A DNA stretch of 64,000 nucleotides from Phoronis australis (lineage: Eukaryota > Animalia > Phoronida), in NCBI GenBank assembly GCA_002633005.1, contig NMRA01000615.1, positions 62,001 to 126,000 on the forward strand, given 5' to 3'. The translations under genes were made by a program, and so were the position numbers. Under the pieces are notes generated by a model. The model worked only from the letters and a program-made list of their open reading frames with translations, was not told the DNA's origin and did no database searches. Shown here piece by piece: positions 39,348-52,380 of this stretch (position 1 is the stretch's first letter; each line of letters begins with the position of its first letter).

Positions 39348-40547
39348 TATTATGCGCCCACATATTTATAAGTGGTCTGGGCGTCCGGGCGTCCGGCGTC
39401 TGTCGTCCGCAGCTGTATCTCCTAAAGCCCTCACAGGATCTTGATGAGATTTGGCAGATGTGTTCCTATGAAGCTGACGACGGACGACTACGAATTTCGG
39501 ACCTCTTCAACTACCAGCGTTCTCCTTAGGGGCAATTTTAGTTTTTTACGGTTACCTCTGTATCTTCGGATGTCCTCAAAGGATTTTCATAAAATTTGGC
39601 ATTTAGGCATCTATTAGTGAGATGATACCATTCTCCCGTTTTCGGACGGATTCGAGGTACTTTGCGTCACCTAGTGGCCTTTTTTACTTTTTTCGAGTTC
39701 GTTTTTTGCGTCCACTGTTCTATCAATCAAACCGCTCTGCGGATGATTTTGAAAATTGGCATATATGATCTTACTGTGAAGAGGGCGACTGTCGATGATT
39801 TTCCGACGACTTCGACAACTGTGGCACCTCCCAGTGGCAGTTTTGTTTGTTTTTGCGCCCATGGCTGTATCTTGTAAACCCCTCACAGTACCTTTATGAG
39901 ATTTGACAGATGTGTTCCCATGAAGGTTACGACGGATGACAACGAACTTCGGACCTCTCCGACTACTGGTGTGCCCCTGGTGCCAGTTTTAATTTTTTAC
40001 GCTTACCTCTGTAGACTTGGACTTCTTGAACAGATTTTCATAAAATTTGACAGTTAGACATCTATTAATAAGATGATGCCATCCTCCCGTTTTCGGACGG
40101 ATTCGGAGTACTTTGCGCCACCTAATGGCCATTTTTCTTATTTTCGAGTCTTGTTATTTGGCGTCTGCCCCTCTGTCAACCAAACCACTATAAGAATGGT
40201 TGTGAAAATTGGCATTTATGTTCTTAATAGAAAGAGGAAGTCTGATGATGATTTTCCGACGACTTTATCTATTTTTGCGCTTCTTAGTAGCATTTGTGTT
40301 TTACGCTTATAGCCTCTTAGTGGCAATTCCATTTTTTTCATTTTCCTCTGTTTTCTCAGAAGTTCCTTGGCGGACTTTTATGAAATTTGGTTAATAACTT
40401 CGATGACACATACAAGTTCTCAGATGGATTCGATATATCTTGCGCGCCATCTAGTTGCCATTTTTATGTTCCAAATAATCACCCCTAGAAGCACACCGTT
40501 AGCGGTGCATACGTGAGCGCATTTCAACGCTCCGCGTTGCTCTTGTT
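39348..40547 (+). mobile_element. Helentron-associated non-autonomous element (HINE/DINE-1-like), copy 1, intron 1
   Basis: T-rich site, subterminal IR ATGCGCCCAC/GTGAGCGCAT, GTCC/GTCY microsatellite, internal ~452-bp tandem units, 3' hairpin CAACGC-TCC-GCGTTG then CTCTTGTTT. Confidence 0.85.
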
Positions 40548-41817
40548 TGGTTGTTTATGTCTCTCTGTATTTTACTTCGAACTTGCATACCTGAAGAAAG
40601 GAGACTGTTCCGAAATTATGAACGTACCAGTATCAAGCTCGCTAACAAAAAGTCTCGTCGTGTCTTCAACGAAGTTTATTAATAGAATACGACAGCAAAA
40701 CATACCTCGATTTAAATAATCGCACATGCGAAGAAACACATTTCTATTTAAGGGCGTAATCTTTTATTTAGGTATGTTTTATTTATAGAGGCATGTCATC
40801 AAAAATCATAGTTTTTGCATCGTTGTTTGCTATTTTTGTACGTGTAATCATTGCTTATCGGAAGCTCAGTAAAACTTTTGAAATCATAGGTTATCAGCCC
40901 AAGCACTCAACCACTGCATTGTGCATTAGGGAGAGGTTAAAGCGAGTGAAGCCAGCTAAGTTTGACGAACCTTTGTTACGCTTGTTGCCTAGATGTTTTT
41001 CAGGTTGTCATGCTGTCAGAGTGAGGGCCACCACTAGTTCAGCCGAGCTTAGTCCTTTTGAGAGTAACTAACAATAACGCGAGATTATGTGAGACTTAAC
41101 TGTAACGTCACAGGAAGTAGGGCATTTTCACGAAAGACGTCGTTCTAGTCGGTTAGCGACTAGTCTTTCACATATGGCACATCACATTTACAAAATACCG
41201 CGAAAAACGGGTTATGAGGCTAGATCTCGCGAGATCATATCGGTTCGTATCCGCGCCAAATAAACCGCAGAAAAACGTTTCGTCATTGTTGTAATTTGAA
41301 TGAGTTTTGTAGCACTTAGGACTAAGTTCTTAGAAATGGTAATTACAATCCTTGTAGATGAGAAAATCCGTATTTGTCGACTAGTTTACGTACCAAAATA
41401 AAGACTTATCTCCCTTGTCATGCATACTCGGGGAATCCCTTGTCAATGGAATCCCCGAGTAGAATCGCGACGAACTTGCGGACGATATTGGAGTACCTGT
41501 AGTCAATTGAAGCAATTTTAAAACGAAAAACATCAATGAAACGGTTAAGTTATCAATAAGCTAACATAAAAGGTTCACTGTGCGATTAAAATAAAACTAG
41601 CAGAAGAAGCACAGTTGACAGGTCAACTATTTGCGCTATTGACGTTCCCACACTGAACTGCAATTTGTTTGCTCATTAGCCCTGTAGTTCATCAAACTTT
41701 AGTAGATCTTTGCCGTGCACTAATTACACTACCAGAATAGCAACATTTTTTGCGAGACATTAGTGATGATGATACTGATGATGAAGAAACTAGTGGTGCC
41801 TTTTTGTAGTACTGCTC

Positions 41818-42111
41818 CAGTGGCAGATCATGGACCAGAAGGGGGGGACAACATGTTCCCTCCGGGAATTGAGCAGAGCACGGTTGTATGTGTACAGGCG
41901 TCCCGAAAGTTGCGGTGGCCCGGAGTATGAACCTTCTGTTCGGGAAATCTATAGACTAAAAAGAATTGAAAAAAAACGGGAACAAGAGCCAGCCACGATC
42001 TGGGGTCTGAGTCCCCACCCTCGTTCTCCAGTACCGGTCCTAGTTATGTTTCCGCGCTGTTGCTGTTTCATTTTGCTTGCGGCAGCCCCTGACCCCCTAA
42101 ATGCGCCTATG
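41818..42111. mobile_element. 294-bp TIR element of the 20013-20992 family, opposite orientation
   Basis: CAGTGGCAGATC ... TAAATGCGCCTATG; flanks TGCTC/TGTTC. The right ~50 bp is the reverse complement of the 20013 left end. Confidence 0.7.
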
Positions 42112-45100
42112 TGTTCCAATTAGTGATATAACTAAAGGAAATTATCAAGTAATGTATGCTAACCCCGAGGCTCTGACATCAACAAGTGATGGTGTGAGAC
42201 GCTTGCAAAACAAGGAATTAGCTTCCAAAACAAGGAATTAACTTCCAACGTGGCAATTGTGATAATCAACGAAGGACACATTGTGTTAGAATGATGAGTT
42301 TAATGCAGATAAAAAATGCTTTCGAATAACATCTATTCGTATCACAACAGGTTTCACAGCACAAATTTTTATGCCTTTTCTAATACCAAGAATTTCCAAA
42401 TCTGAGCCTGGAAGTTTTACGAAAATCTTGGAAAGCTGCCAAAAAATAATCAAAAACATAAATTTATTCAATGCAGATGCACTAAATAAAAAATGCCTCC
42501 CAAGAGATACGACAACCTGGAATTAACAAGGAACCCAGCAGCCCTTTTAGGTCACCCTGAAGTACAAAAATTGGGACAGAGTCCGAAATCCACATCATTA
42601 AAATAAGATTTTCATGGGTGATTTTACTGCCAAAATTGCCCTTTAATTTTTGATTTTTGATAGAGTAACACAGTCCGTAATAATGTTATCAAAGCAACAA
42701 ATGTACAGAGAACGTCACGTAGGCATGCATTCTTAACTTAAATATATATAGGAAATACAAAATCTATAACATTTTAAATGTTTGTGTAAAAGTAATCCTG
42801 TATTATACATTGACGTTAGATGCTAAAGACACAATTGTAACATTTCATGATCTCATAAAACCATTTATTCTTTCCAAAACATATGTAAACAATAACATTT
42901 TATCACATGGCACAAGTTCCCTTGGTATGCATCAGTCTAGCCAATTAAAATAAATATTATTCTTTGATCAAAACCCCCTTAACCATATGAAGCACTGAGA
43001 TCATTCAGTGGCTAACTCAGTATGCAACTGATTTTGACAACACACAAACATCATTTCTTGTGAGAAAAACACTTGTAGCTTACATATCAGGCAGTCCCTC
43101 AAGATTTTTAAATCGAAAGCATTATGTCATGACTCTTTCACCACACGGGTACTGCAACTATTATCATCTGCTTCAGAGTCTCTAACAGAAATGGACTATT
43201 GATATCTGTTGTCACTTATCATTTCTACCTTTTGTCATTGACATTTTTAAAGCTGGTGAAAACTACCACACCATCATTTAAGATCAAAAGCTAAACAATA
43301 AATTGTCATCACTTTTACAATCTTTTTTTCTTAAAGCAGATCCTCTCATAAACAAGAACAGTCATCTATAAGTTTTACAGTTAACTACATAAGAATTTCA
43401 AAAATTAATTACGCAAAAATTCTCTAGTTCGGGACAGTGAATTATTATTTCGTTCAAAGTGGGAGCTTGTCACAATTTTTAGAAATTCACACAATTGTCT
43501 GTCAGAAATTCAAGGGGAATGGTAACAATTTATTAAATGTTTGTCATGTGAGTCGCTTTTTATGAACTTACAAGAGTAATCTTGCAACCTGTTATGCTAC
43601 AACATAGTGTTAGGAATTTGAACAGTACGAAAATATAAAAATCACTCACGCCTCAAATTTCAAGATGAAAAAATTAAATTTCGGCAATGATTTCTGCGTT
43701 CTGAATTTAGGAGGATGTCTCAATCTGGAGAATTTTTAATCACCTATCTAATTGCTATCATCAACTTTGTCACCTTTGCTAAAAATATAATTATGTTAAA
43801 AACAATTATAAGCTATAAACGGGATTCATCTCTTGCCATGAAAAATGTTCAAACATACACCATAGCCAGCATGATGACGAATACACGCAGCAGTCAATAG
43901 CCTCTGTGCAGCACAGAGTTGAGGGTTTTTGGCAAATATCTACATTATGGCTACAGTGAATTCATTCTTAGCCATACCAATATGCCCATGGTCAACTTGC
44001 TCCTGTTGGCTTCTTACAAACAGATGGCGAATTAATCCATTAGTAGGCCTACATGTTTCTGTCGATCTTAAGACTGAGCAATGAGATTGCTGACATCCAA
44101 TTTCTTGCTGATTTCTGCAGCTGTGTGAGTTTTGAACAAAACGAAATGCCAGTTAGACAGTGGTCACTGTCTAATCCACTGAATAATAGGAATGTTATTC
44201 AGTTGTTACATTCATCAACTTTTTTCGATCATGTCCTTGTCCTGTTGTTCGTTTCCCATTTTTCCCTAGTATAAAGTGACCATGAACACGTATTCGCCTG
44301 ATCAAGTCTAGACTGTCACTGGTGTGTTCCATCTGGCTAACACTAACAGTCTGGCTCAGTGAGCTATAACTAGTGAACCTGCACTGAAGTTAATATTGCA
44401 ACATGGAAACATTATATCCGACTTGTTTCCAAAGTAGTTAGGTGTGATAAGACTGAACTCTGAAGTCCAATCGGCCACAGTCACAGTGATGACAGTGATG
44501 TGTCGAAAATCACCAATTTACCTTCAATTCAGACCCCTTTTCACCCACTTTTTATGCAAGTACAACCGTACAGGCGTACATGATTGGCCCCAGTTAGATT
44601 CCCGGTTCGGAAATTCATCTGAGTCGGCATTTACAACAGTTGTTCAGTGACATTTACATTGATTCAGAAACGCGGTAGGCCTACTGCCTAAATCAGAAAT
44701 CGCGACTATGTTTACAAAAGCGCCGTTTACCGAGCAAAAGGATAGAAGTGAACTACTTTCGCGCACGCAAATGTACTCCATACTAGTAAGATAATACACG
44801 CAGTGTTGGCTTACGTAGTAAATGGAAGTACTAGGGCAAAAGCTTGTCGTTTGACCATTTGCCCAATACGGTAGCAGAGTGTATTCTGTTCAGTTCACTT
44901 CGAGTTTTTAATCTTTTAGTGTGAAAAATGCTAAACAAACATTCTTTATGACAAATGTAATTCAAATTCGCACCACGATACGTTCCATCGCGTTCTGTAG
45001 TAATTTCGTACCGTGTATTAAGTTTTCGCCTCTTCAAAAATGTATTCTACACCTAAAACTATCACTTAAAAAGGCACTTTCTGTCTTCAGTGATCCTTTC

Positions 45101-48048
45101 TGATTCTAAAAATATGTTTGATGGAGCATAGCTACGACAATTCAGGTGACTTAGCGAAGAATTCCAATAAACTCCGCTTTTTGGTTACTGTTAACTTTTT
45201 CACCGCGCACGCGATAACCACAAAGTATTTCAACTGAGTCACTGCGGTGAGTATTATTATATGAGGCAAAGGCTGAGTGCGAGACTGAGCGAAGCGCGTG
45301 ACCTGACGCGGGACACTTGCAAAACAAAATGGGGAGATATGATGTGAAATTTGTAAGATTTGTGTCTCTTGGACTTTTTTTTCGTCAACAGGCGTAATTT
45401 CACGTAAATTCCTCAAAATGGCGCACGGTGAGAGAAACTCGAGCGAACCTCGAGGTTTTCATGGATACGTTCAAGTTGTTTGTGCGACTAAATCGTATCC
45501 AGAGTCAGGGAATGTGCTAATTATAACTCCATGTGAACATATGCAGGTTTCATTTGATTTTATTTGCTGTATTTTGAAATGAGTAACTTTTTATGGGGAT
45601 ATACTATGGCCCGGGTCGAGTTCCAATGTCAGTCCGTTCGCAGCTTCGCACAGAATAAAAAGTTCACCTTTTCTTCGTTCATTCACAGGTACTCCACGAT
45701 CCATTTACCATCTCTTAAGTTGTGTTAACGTTTTAAGAGTAAAATTCTCCATAAGAACTCCAGTAAGATTTAGCGTGTGTAGCGAAGACTCTGGGCAAAA
45801 CAAGGGTAATATATGGCAGGTTTTGCCCTACCTCCGGTGACATCACATTGGCTAACTGGAAACTCGCAAGTGAGCTAACAGTGCGATTTGGAGGACTTTC
45901 CATGTCAATTTTTCGAAACAAATCCCAGCATGTCACAAATTATCTTCATATTTGGTGGACTTGCTCGACGCCAAGGTTTATAGCCAGCTGGTTGATAATT
46001 TACGGCTTCAAAGTTTGTCGTGCTAATTAGCGCACTCCCTGGCGGCGATCTTTAAACGTTATATCTCGCAAACTTGGGCAAATTTCATTAAGTTGTAAAT
46101 CAGTAATTAGGTGTCTGCTCGTCAAAAATTGAGAGTTGCATAAAGCTTGTGATGATTAGCAATTAACACAAGTTTTGAAGAAAATATATGGCACGAAGCA
46201 TTTTTTGAAAACCTGACATGCAAGCGTGGTTGGCGAGATTTTACAACTGTAAGAACTTTACTATAGGTAGAGCTACAGTTGTATGTTTCGGAGATGCTAG
46301 GCTGAAAAATTATTTTGGAAAACGGTAGTAAACACTGAATTACACGTTCCATTAGCCAACATTTCTAACCGCAACCATTGTGTTGCCAGCGACTGTCGCC
46401 TCAGAATACACCCAAACACCGTGCTAAAACCATTCCTACATGTACATGCACCCATTCAGCACAAATTTGAAACCAAACCTCAGATACTACATGACAGAAA
46501 AATATGTGAACGGTAAAAATTCTTTACTGTTTGGACAACAATGTCGTTATTAACGCGGTAGCTTTGTTGATCTTTTGTCAAACGCTTGCTACATCGATGT
46601 TTGGTCACAGCTGTTTGCATGTTTAAACGTATAATAGTATTTCAAGAAAATCGGCATAAATTTCACTTGTGTCCCAAGCAGAAATTTCTTTCCGGGCGTC
46701 AATGTTTGTATAGGTGCCATATCACAAAGCAAAAATGATTTCAAGCCACTCGTAATAAAGAAACTGGTTTTGTAAGCCTTACCGCGAATAAGAAATGATG
46801 AACATCACCACCCTATTGGAAACCATCAATAACTCAAAGTAGTAATTTGGCTTTCGATCGGTCCCGCCGTCTACCGAATTGCGAAAATGAAAATGAAGAT
46901 GGATGACTATACGCATTATCAGTCGTCATGGCAGCAACACTTCAATGTCTGATGACCACCGGCAGCAACACTTAAATGTCTCTGTGATGAGCACTGTTGT
47001 TTAAAAAATCCAAATTCGGTAGCCTGACACGGGGGAATTCACCACCGGGGCGGCGGTCTGGACAATGGCGATATAGACGGTCACTGTGCCCCGGGCACTA
47101 AGTGGTACTAGCAAGGTGACTCCCTTTTCTCTGTCACTGCTGGGCCAAAATTACTTAGAAACGCAACATATAGTGACGATGTGAGTACGTATACTAGGTA
47201 TGTTGCGTTAAAGTTGCAAACTTTTAAGAACAAGTTTTGACGGCAACCGAGGATCCGGTGCCGGAAAACAAAAAATGACTGGGCCGGTTTAGCGCGTAAG
47301 ATTATGTTAAAATAGCATTGTTAGTTCCCGCTATGCATTAGCATAGTTGGGAGCATGCAAATACATCAAGCATGGTGTGGAAGAGACTGTCCAAAAATAA
47401 TGAGAAGGTAAAAAAGCCACTAGTGAGTGGGGAGCTATAACTTAGCGGGTGGCGGGGACCCGCCCGGCCCGGCCGACCGTCACAGTGTCAGAGCCCGAAT
47501 GGCTCCTAGTTTAGAGGCAGTTGGATCTCAGATCTAACACATCGAATAAAGTTCCTATGGCCAGGTTGTAGATGAAGCCGAATGGAGCAAAACTCGACAA
47601 ATGTTTAAACACAGTGTGATGCTGGTTTCCATCACTACCGGGTTCATGCACGCCATTGTCATCCACGCCGAGAGGAGGCAGCACACACTTGGCAGCTTCA
47701 GAGCACAGGCGCTAAGTTCCCGATGACTCGTAACCACACATATGAAACAAAAAGAATGCCACCCGATTTTGTTGGACCAATGAACAACATATACCTCATT
47801 GGATTGGACACTAAAAGTTTGTTCTTTGTAGTTGGTGACGTCAGTGGTGATCGAGGATGTTAACCACAAGTTAACTGGCCTGTCTCTGCAGACATGTGAG
47901 GCCTTGGCTTAGTGGCGGTTGTAGGAGTTACTACGCTCATCATGACAGCTATGTGAGGGCATGGTCAGAGATGGTGATATGTGCAGAAATTATGTTATTA
48001 ATAAGTATTTTTGGAACGTGTTGCTGTCATAATTTTTTTCTTTAACAG

Positions 48049-48162
48049 GTGCAGATTGCAGAACACAGGGTTGTCAACATGGCTGCCAGGATACACCTGG
48101 TGGCGCTGCCTGTCAGTGTAATGTGGGCTACAAACTGCACACGGATGGAGTGACTTGTGTCG
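48049..48162 (+). CDS. LRP-like exon 2: EGF-like domain (ADCRTQGCQHGCQDTPGGAACQCNVGYKLHTDGVTCV)
   Basis: Polypyrimidine tract + AACAG acceptor, six-Cys EGF spacing, donor GTAGGT, phase 1-1, 114 bp. Not in the ORF track. Confidence 0.92.
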
Positions 48163-48859
48163 GTAGGTAAAAGTGTGAATGGGTCCATATAGTACCCTAT
48201 GCCTGACCTTTCACGATAAATATAGCTGTTTTCCAGCATAGCAATGCTTTCTAGATAAATGACGTAGCTCTCCTCTTGAGGTTATTCATGCAATGACTAC
48301 CTGTGACAGTGACTGTCAGTGTTGCTATATATGTCTTGATTGCCAGATTGGCCAGTGTCGACTGTTGTTAGCGTAGTTACTGTGTGAATGGGCAACCACA
48401 GTGGTCCTCGGCTTCTGATCGTCCCCAATACACTATGGGGGCGATCAGAAGCTGAGGACGTCTGTGGAGCAAACCTGCTGCACTCAATCATTTTAGTAGC
48501 GTTACACAACAAGAAATCAAATTGCTGTTCAGGAACAAATCAACAATGGACTTCAGTTACTAGTACACTAACATATCACCTTCTCCATCTTTAGTCCTAT
48601 ACGTTCTTTTAAAATCCGATTTAAGTTTATAACTCTCTACGCAAGAAATGACGCATGACCAACTGTGTCTGCCATGGGCAAAAAATGAGATTTGTCTTGT
48701 TTGTTTTCAGTCGTGTGTTTGCAGCATTTAACAACATCAATGAAGTTAAATATTTATAATTTTTTTAAATCTAAATAATCAATGATAAAGTTTCATTGAT
48801 AGTAAGTAAGCCTCATCAACGAGCAGTGAATATAGTAAATGCAAGTAGCTGAAATTGTG

Positions 48860-49591
48860 ACTGTCTACCTTCCGAAATATTTGATTTTTTTAATAGACTC
48901 TCTAGTTTTGAATTCTTAATGGTAAACCTGTTAAACTATATTTTTTAAAATCACGTAGTATCAGAGAGCTTATTGTGTGCATGAAAACAATGTTCAGAAA
49001 TTCGTGATCATGTGACTGTATTTTCTCTAAAAAAAACACATTTTTTCGAAAAAAATAATTTTTCACAGAGATGGTCCTAGTTTCCATAAACTTAGATTTT
49101 TTCGCTCAAAACTTGCAAATTCTTTTTTTTTTGTTCTGTTTGGTACAAAAAGGTGCCTGGGATTTCCTTTTAGGTACCCTTACCTCGAGAAATCCGCTGT
49201 CAAAAACAAAGATATCAACATTTTTTGAAAAATGGAAGTCTCTAATTTTGTACATAGGATTTTGTGGGTTCACAGGCCTTTAAAGAAAATCCCAGTCTTT
49301 TTTTTATAGCTAATAACACAAAGAAGCAGAATCTTCTTTTGTAAGTTTTGAGCGGAAAAAAACTAATTTGTTGGAAATGCGACGATCTCTGTGAAGAATT
49401 GTAATTTTTACAAAAATACAGTCACGTGATAATAAACCTCTGAACATTGTTTTTATGCAGAAAATGAGATTCTCTTATTCCTAAGGATTTTGAAATTATA
49501 TAATTTTATGGGTTTACTATAAATACCTGGTAGTTTGAAAAGTTACTCATGATTTTGAAAAGTCTTTGATTACGAACTTAAGGTAGGCAGT
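48860..49591. repeat. Diverged inverted repeat (~310-bp arms, ~105-bp spacer) in intron 2
   Basis: Inverted pairs ACTGTCTACCTT/AAGGTAGGCAGT, AAAACAATGTTCAGA/TCTGAACATTGTTTT, CGCTCAAAACTT/AAGTTTTGAGCG and CTGGGATTT/AAATCCCAG. Confidence 0.8.
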
Positions 49592-50010
49592 GACCTTGAC
49601 CTACTCAGTACTGGTCATCACAGTCACAACTGTGTACGTACAAATACTTGTAGCTGTACAATGACCACATTCAGGTTCAAGTGCACTTGTCAGGTTAAAG
49701 GCATAAAGCATGATGCCTTTTGCATTCTACAATTTTCTTTTTAGTTGAATCCCCAACACAGCAGAACATTTGGAACAACTTCTATTGATTTTTGAATACT
49801 GTCGAATGCTCTCCCTTTCTGCTGATTTTTGCTGCCAAAATTTTTAAATTAGATTGAACAGAGTTAGTAGTTCCTCATATTTTTTGCGTTCATGTAATAA
49901 TTTGTTTCTTTTGTGTAATAAGTTTTCCATACACAGTTCAGCAAAAATTCCCCACTACAATACTGGCATGAATGTGTCCAATAGTTCTGTTCTCATTTAT
50001 ATACCCCCAG

Positions 50011-50253
50011 ATTCCAACGAATGCGAGAACGAACCATGTAGTCAGCTGTGCGACAACACAGAAGGGAGCTTCACTTGTCATTGTGTTGAATACTATACAT
50101 TAGCACCAGATGGCGTCTCGTGTAGAGCTGCTGGTGCCAGTCCCACGATCCTTTACTCCAGTGATAATGAGATTCACGGTCGGTTTCTGCGTGGCCAGGG
50201 CAGCAGAGAAGAGCACATGGTGGTTAAAGATACTGGCAGGGTGTCGTTCATGG
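50011..50253 (+). CDS. LRP-like exon 3: calcium-binding EGF (DSNECENEPCSQLCDNTEGSFTCHC...) plus blade 1 of YWTD propeller 1
   Basis: CCCCCAG acceptor; D-x-N-E-C and C-x-N-x-x-G-S-F-x-C cbEGF signature; donor G|GTTTGT gives in-frame Ala with exon 4. Overlaps ORF 49854..50279. Confidence 0.93.
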
Positions 50254-50422
50254 GTTTGTGCTTTTACTGTTACTATTAACGCTACACACTGGTACTTGAG
50301 TATGTGTACATGTCGATAACGGAACAAGTTACCACTGATGAAATTGGCTGTCAATTATTCGAGTGAGTTTGGTGCGTTTTGGATGTTAAACTTCTCACGA
50401 CTTGGGCATTTAGATAGACACT

Positions 50423-50505
50423 GGAGGAGGCAGTGAGGCCCAGCGGATGAATGCCTGCTTCCTTTACTCAAGGTCATGGGTTCGAGTGCCAGTGGGGCAC
50501 ACTGC
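50423..50505 (+). mobile_element. Decayed tRNA-derived SINE head
   Basis: GTGAGGCCCAGCGG A-box-like and GGGTTCGAGTGCC B-box at tRNA-like spacing. Confidence 0.35.
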
Positions 50506-51044
50506 TGGACCCTTGTCAGGTCTAGCTCCTCAGCTTAGTTTTTACTACAATATTAATAAAGCATAGAAATGGTTCCAGGTGATCAGTGCAATGGGGCCAC
50601 CAGAGCGACCTACTCACGTCTGGTACAGCATGTACCTGACTGCCTGCAAATATATATTTTACGAAGACACTGATACAAATTTAAATAACTTTAGAATTGA
50701 TGAATTGGGTTTGGTTGTTAAATTGAGTAAGGGCATTGAAAATTTGAGTAGTTGCCATTAAGTCGAACAGGGGCACCAACATGTACAAGTATGTTATTTA
50801 GAAATTCCATTTGGGAACAGATAAAATAACTATCAGTTTTCTTACATGTCTCGGCAAAGTTCTGCTACAGAAAGTGCTTTCTTAAAGAGATCTTCAACGT
50901 GTTACGCGAACGTTGGAATATTTGACAACTACATTGTTCTCACCTTCTTGTTTTCGAGGCCATTTTGAAGTTTGAGTTTTTCTTGATAGGGGAATGGACA
51001 AGCTAAACCTCATTCATAAAACCAGCTTTTGTATGCTTTTGCTT

Positions 51045-52380
51045 TTATGTGCCCACATATTTATATGTGGACGCATTATGCCATCATCTCCATCCGTCTG
51101 GGCGGCGTCCGGCGTCCGCTGCTCTATCTCCAAAACCCTTTGACATATGTTCATGAAATTTGGTACATATGTTCCATTCATGAATTAGATGGCATAAGCG
51201 AACTTTCGAACGGATCTGACCTCCGGTGTGCCCCCTAGTGGCAATCTTATTTATTTTACGTTTCCCTTTGTATCTTAAAAAACTTTTTAACGGATTTTCA
51301 TGAAATTTAATACCGTATGTAGGCACCTATTAGTGTGATGACGCAATGCTCCCATTTTCAGATGGATTCGACGTAGTTTGCGCCACCTAATGGCCATTTT
51401 TGCTGTTTTCGAGTCTGTTTTTTTGCGTCCACCCCTCTATCAGCCAAACCACTCAAAGGATTATTGTGAAAATTGGCGTGTATGTGCTTACTTTAAAGAG
51501 GGCGGTTGATGACGGTTTTTCAATGATTTTGACTACTGTGGCACCTCCTAGTGGTAGTTTTGTTTTTGTTGCGCCTATGGCTATATCTCCTAAACCATTC
51601 GCAGGAACTTTACTTAATTTAGCAAGTGTATTTATATGATGTTGACTACGGATGACGACGACTTTCGGACAGATCTGACTACAGCTGTGCCTCCTAGTGG
51701 CAATTTTAGTTTTTTACGTTTAACTCAGTATCTTCAAAGGTCCTCAACAGATTTTCATAAATTTTTTGACTATAACTGTCAACCCCTTGTATATCAGTTA
51801 GGTTCAAAACTAGCACAGCCTCTATTGTTGTGATTACGCTATCTTACTGTTTTTGGATGGAATCGAGATATTTTGCACCACCTAGTGGCCATTTTTTGCT
51901 GTTTTCAAATTTCAATTTTTGGTTTCCACCCCTGCATCAACCAAATCATTTGAAAATTGGCATATATGTTCTCAGTGTGAAGACGACCTTTGATGATGGT
52001 GACTGACTACTGTGGTGCCTCCTAGCGGTAGTTTTGTTTTACGCCCATAGTTGTATCTCCTAAACCCACTGCAGGATCTTTATTAAATTTAGTAAGTGTA
52101 TTTATATGAAGATAACAACAGACGACAACGACTTTCAGGCAGATCCAACGGACACTGTGTCCACTAGTGGCAATTTCATTTTATTCTGTTTTCCTTTGTT
52201 TCTCGGAAGTTCCTTGACAGATTTTTATGAAATATGGCATGTTCCTGTTTTTGGATGGATTGTATGATTTTGCGCCATCTAGTGGCCATTTTTATGATAC
52301 AAATAACTAACCCTAAAAGCACACCATTTGTAATGCATTCGTGGGCGCATTTCAACACTCGAGACGCATTGCTCTTGTTT
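51045..52380 (+). mobile_element. Helentron-associated non-autonomous element (HINE), copy 2, intron 3
   Basis: 5' ATGTGCCCACATAT-TT-ATATGTGGACGCAT hairpin, GTCC repeats, internal tandem units homologous to copy 1, 3' GTGGGCGCAT subTIR and GCTCTTGTTT end. Confidence 0.85.

Noticed and set aside
41426-41460. 13-bp-arm hairpin ACTCGGGGAATCC...GGAATCCCCGAGT
   Set aside because: Too short and isolated; probably a collapsed MITE remnant.
47555-47869. Possible missing LDL-A exon just upstream of exon 2
   Set aside because: No C-D-G-x-x-D-C or S-D-E signature seen on the + strand.
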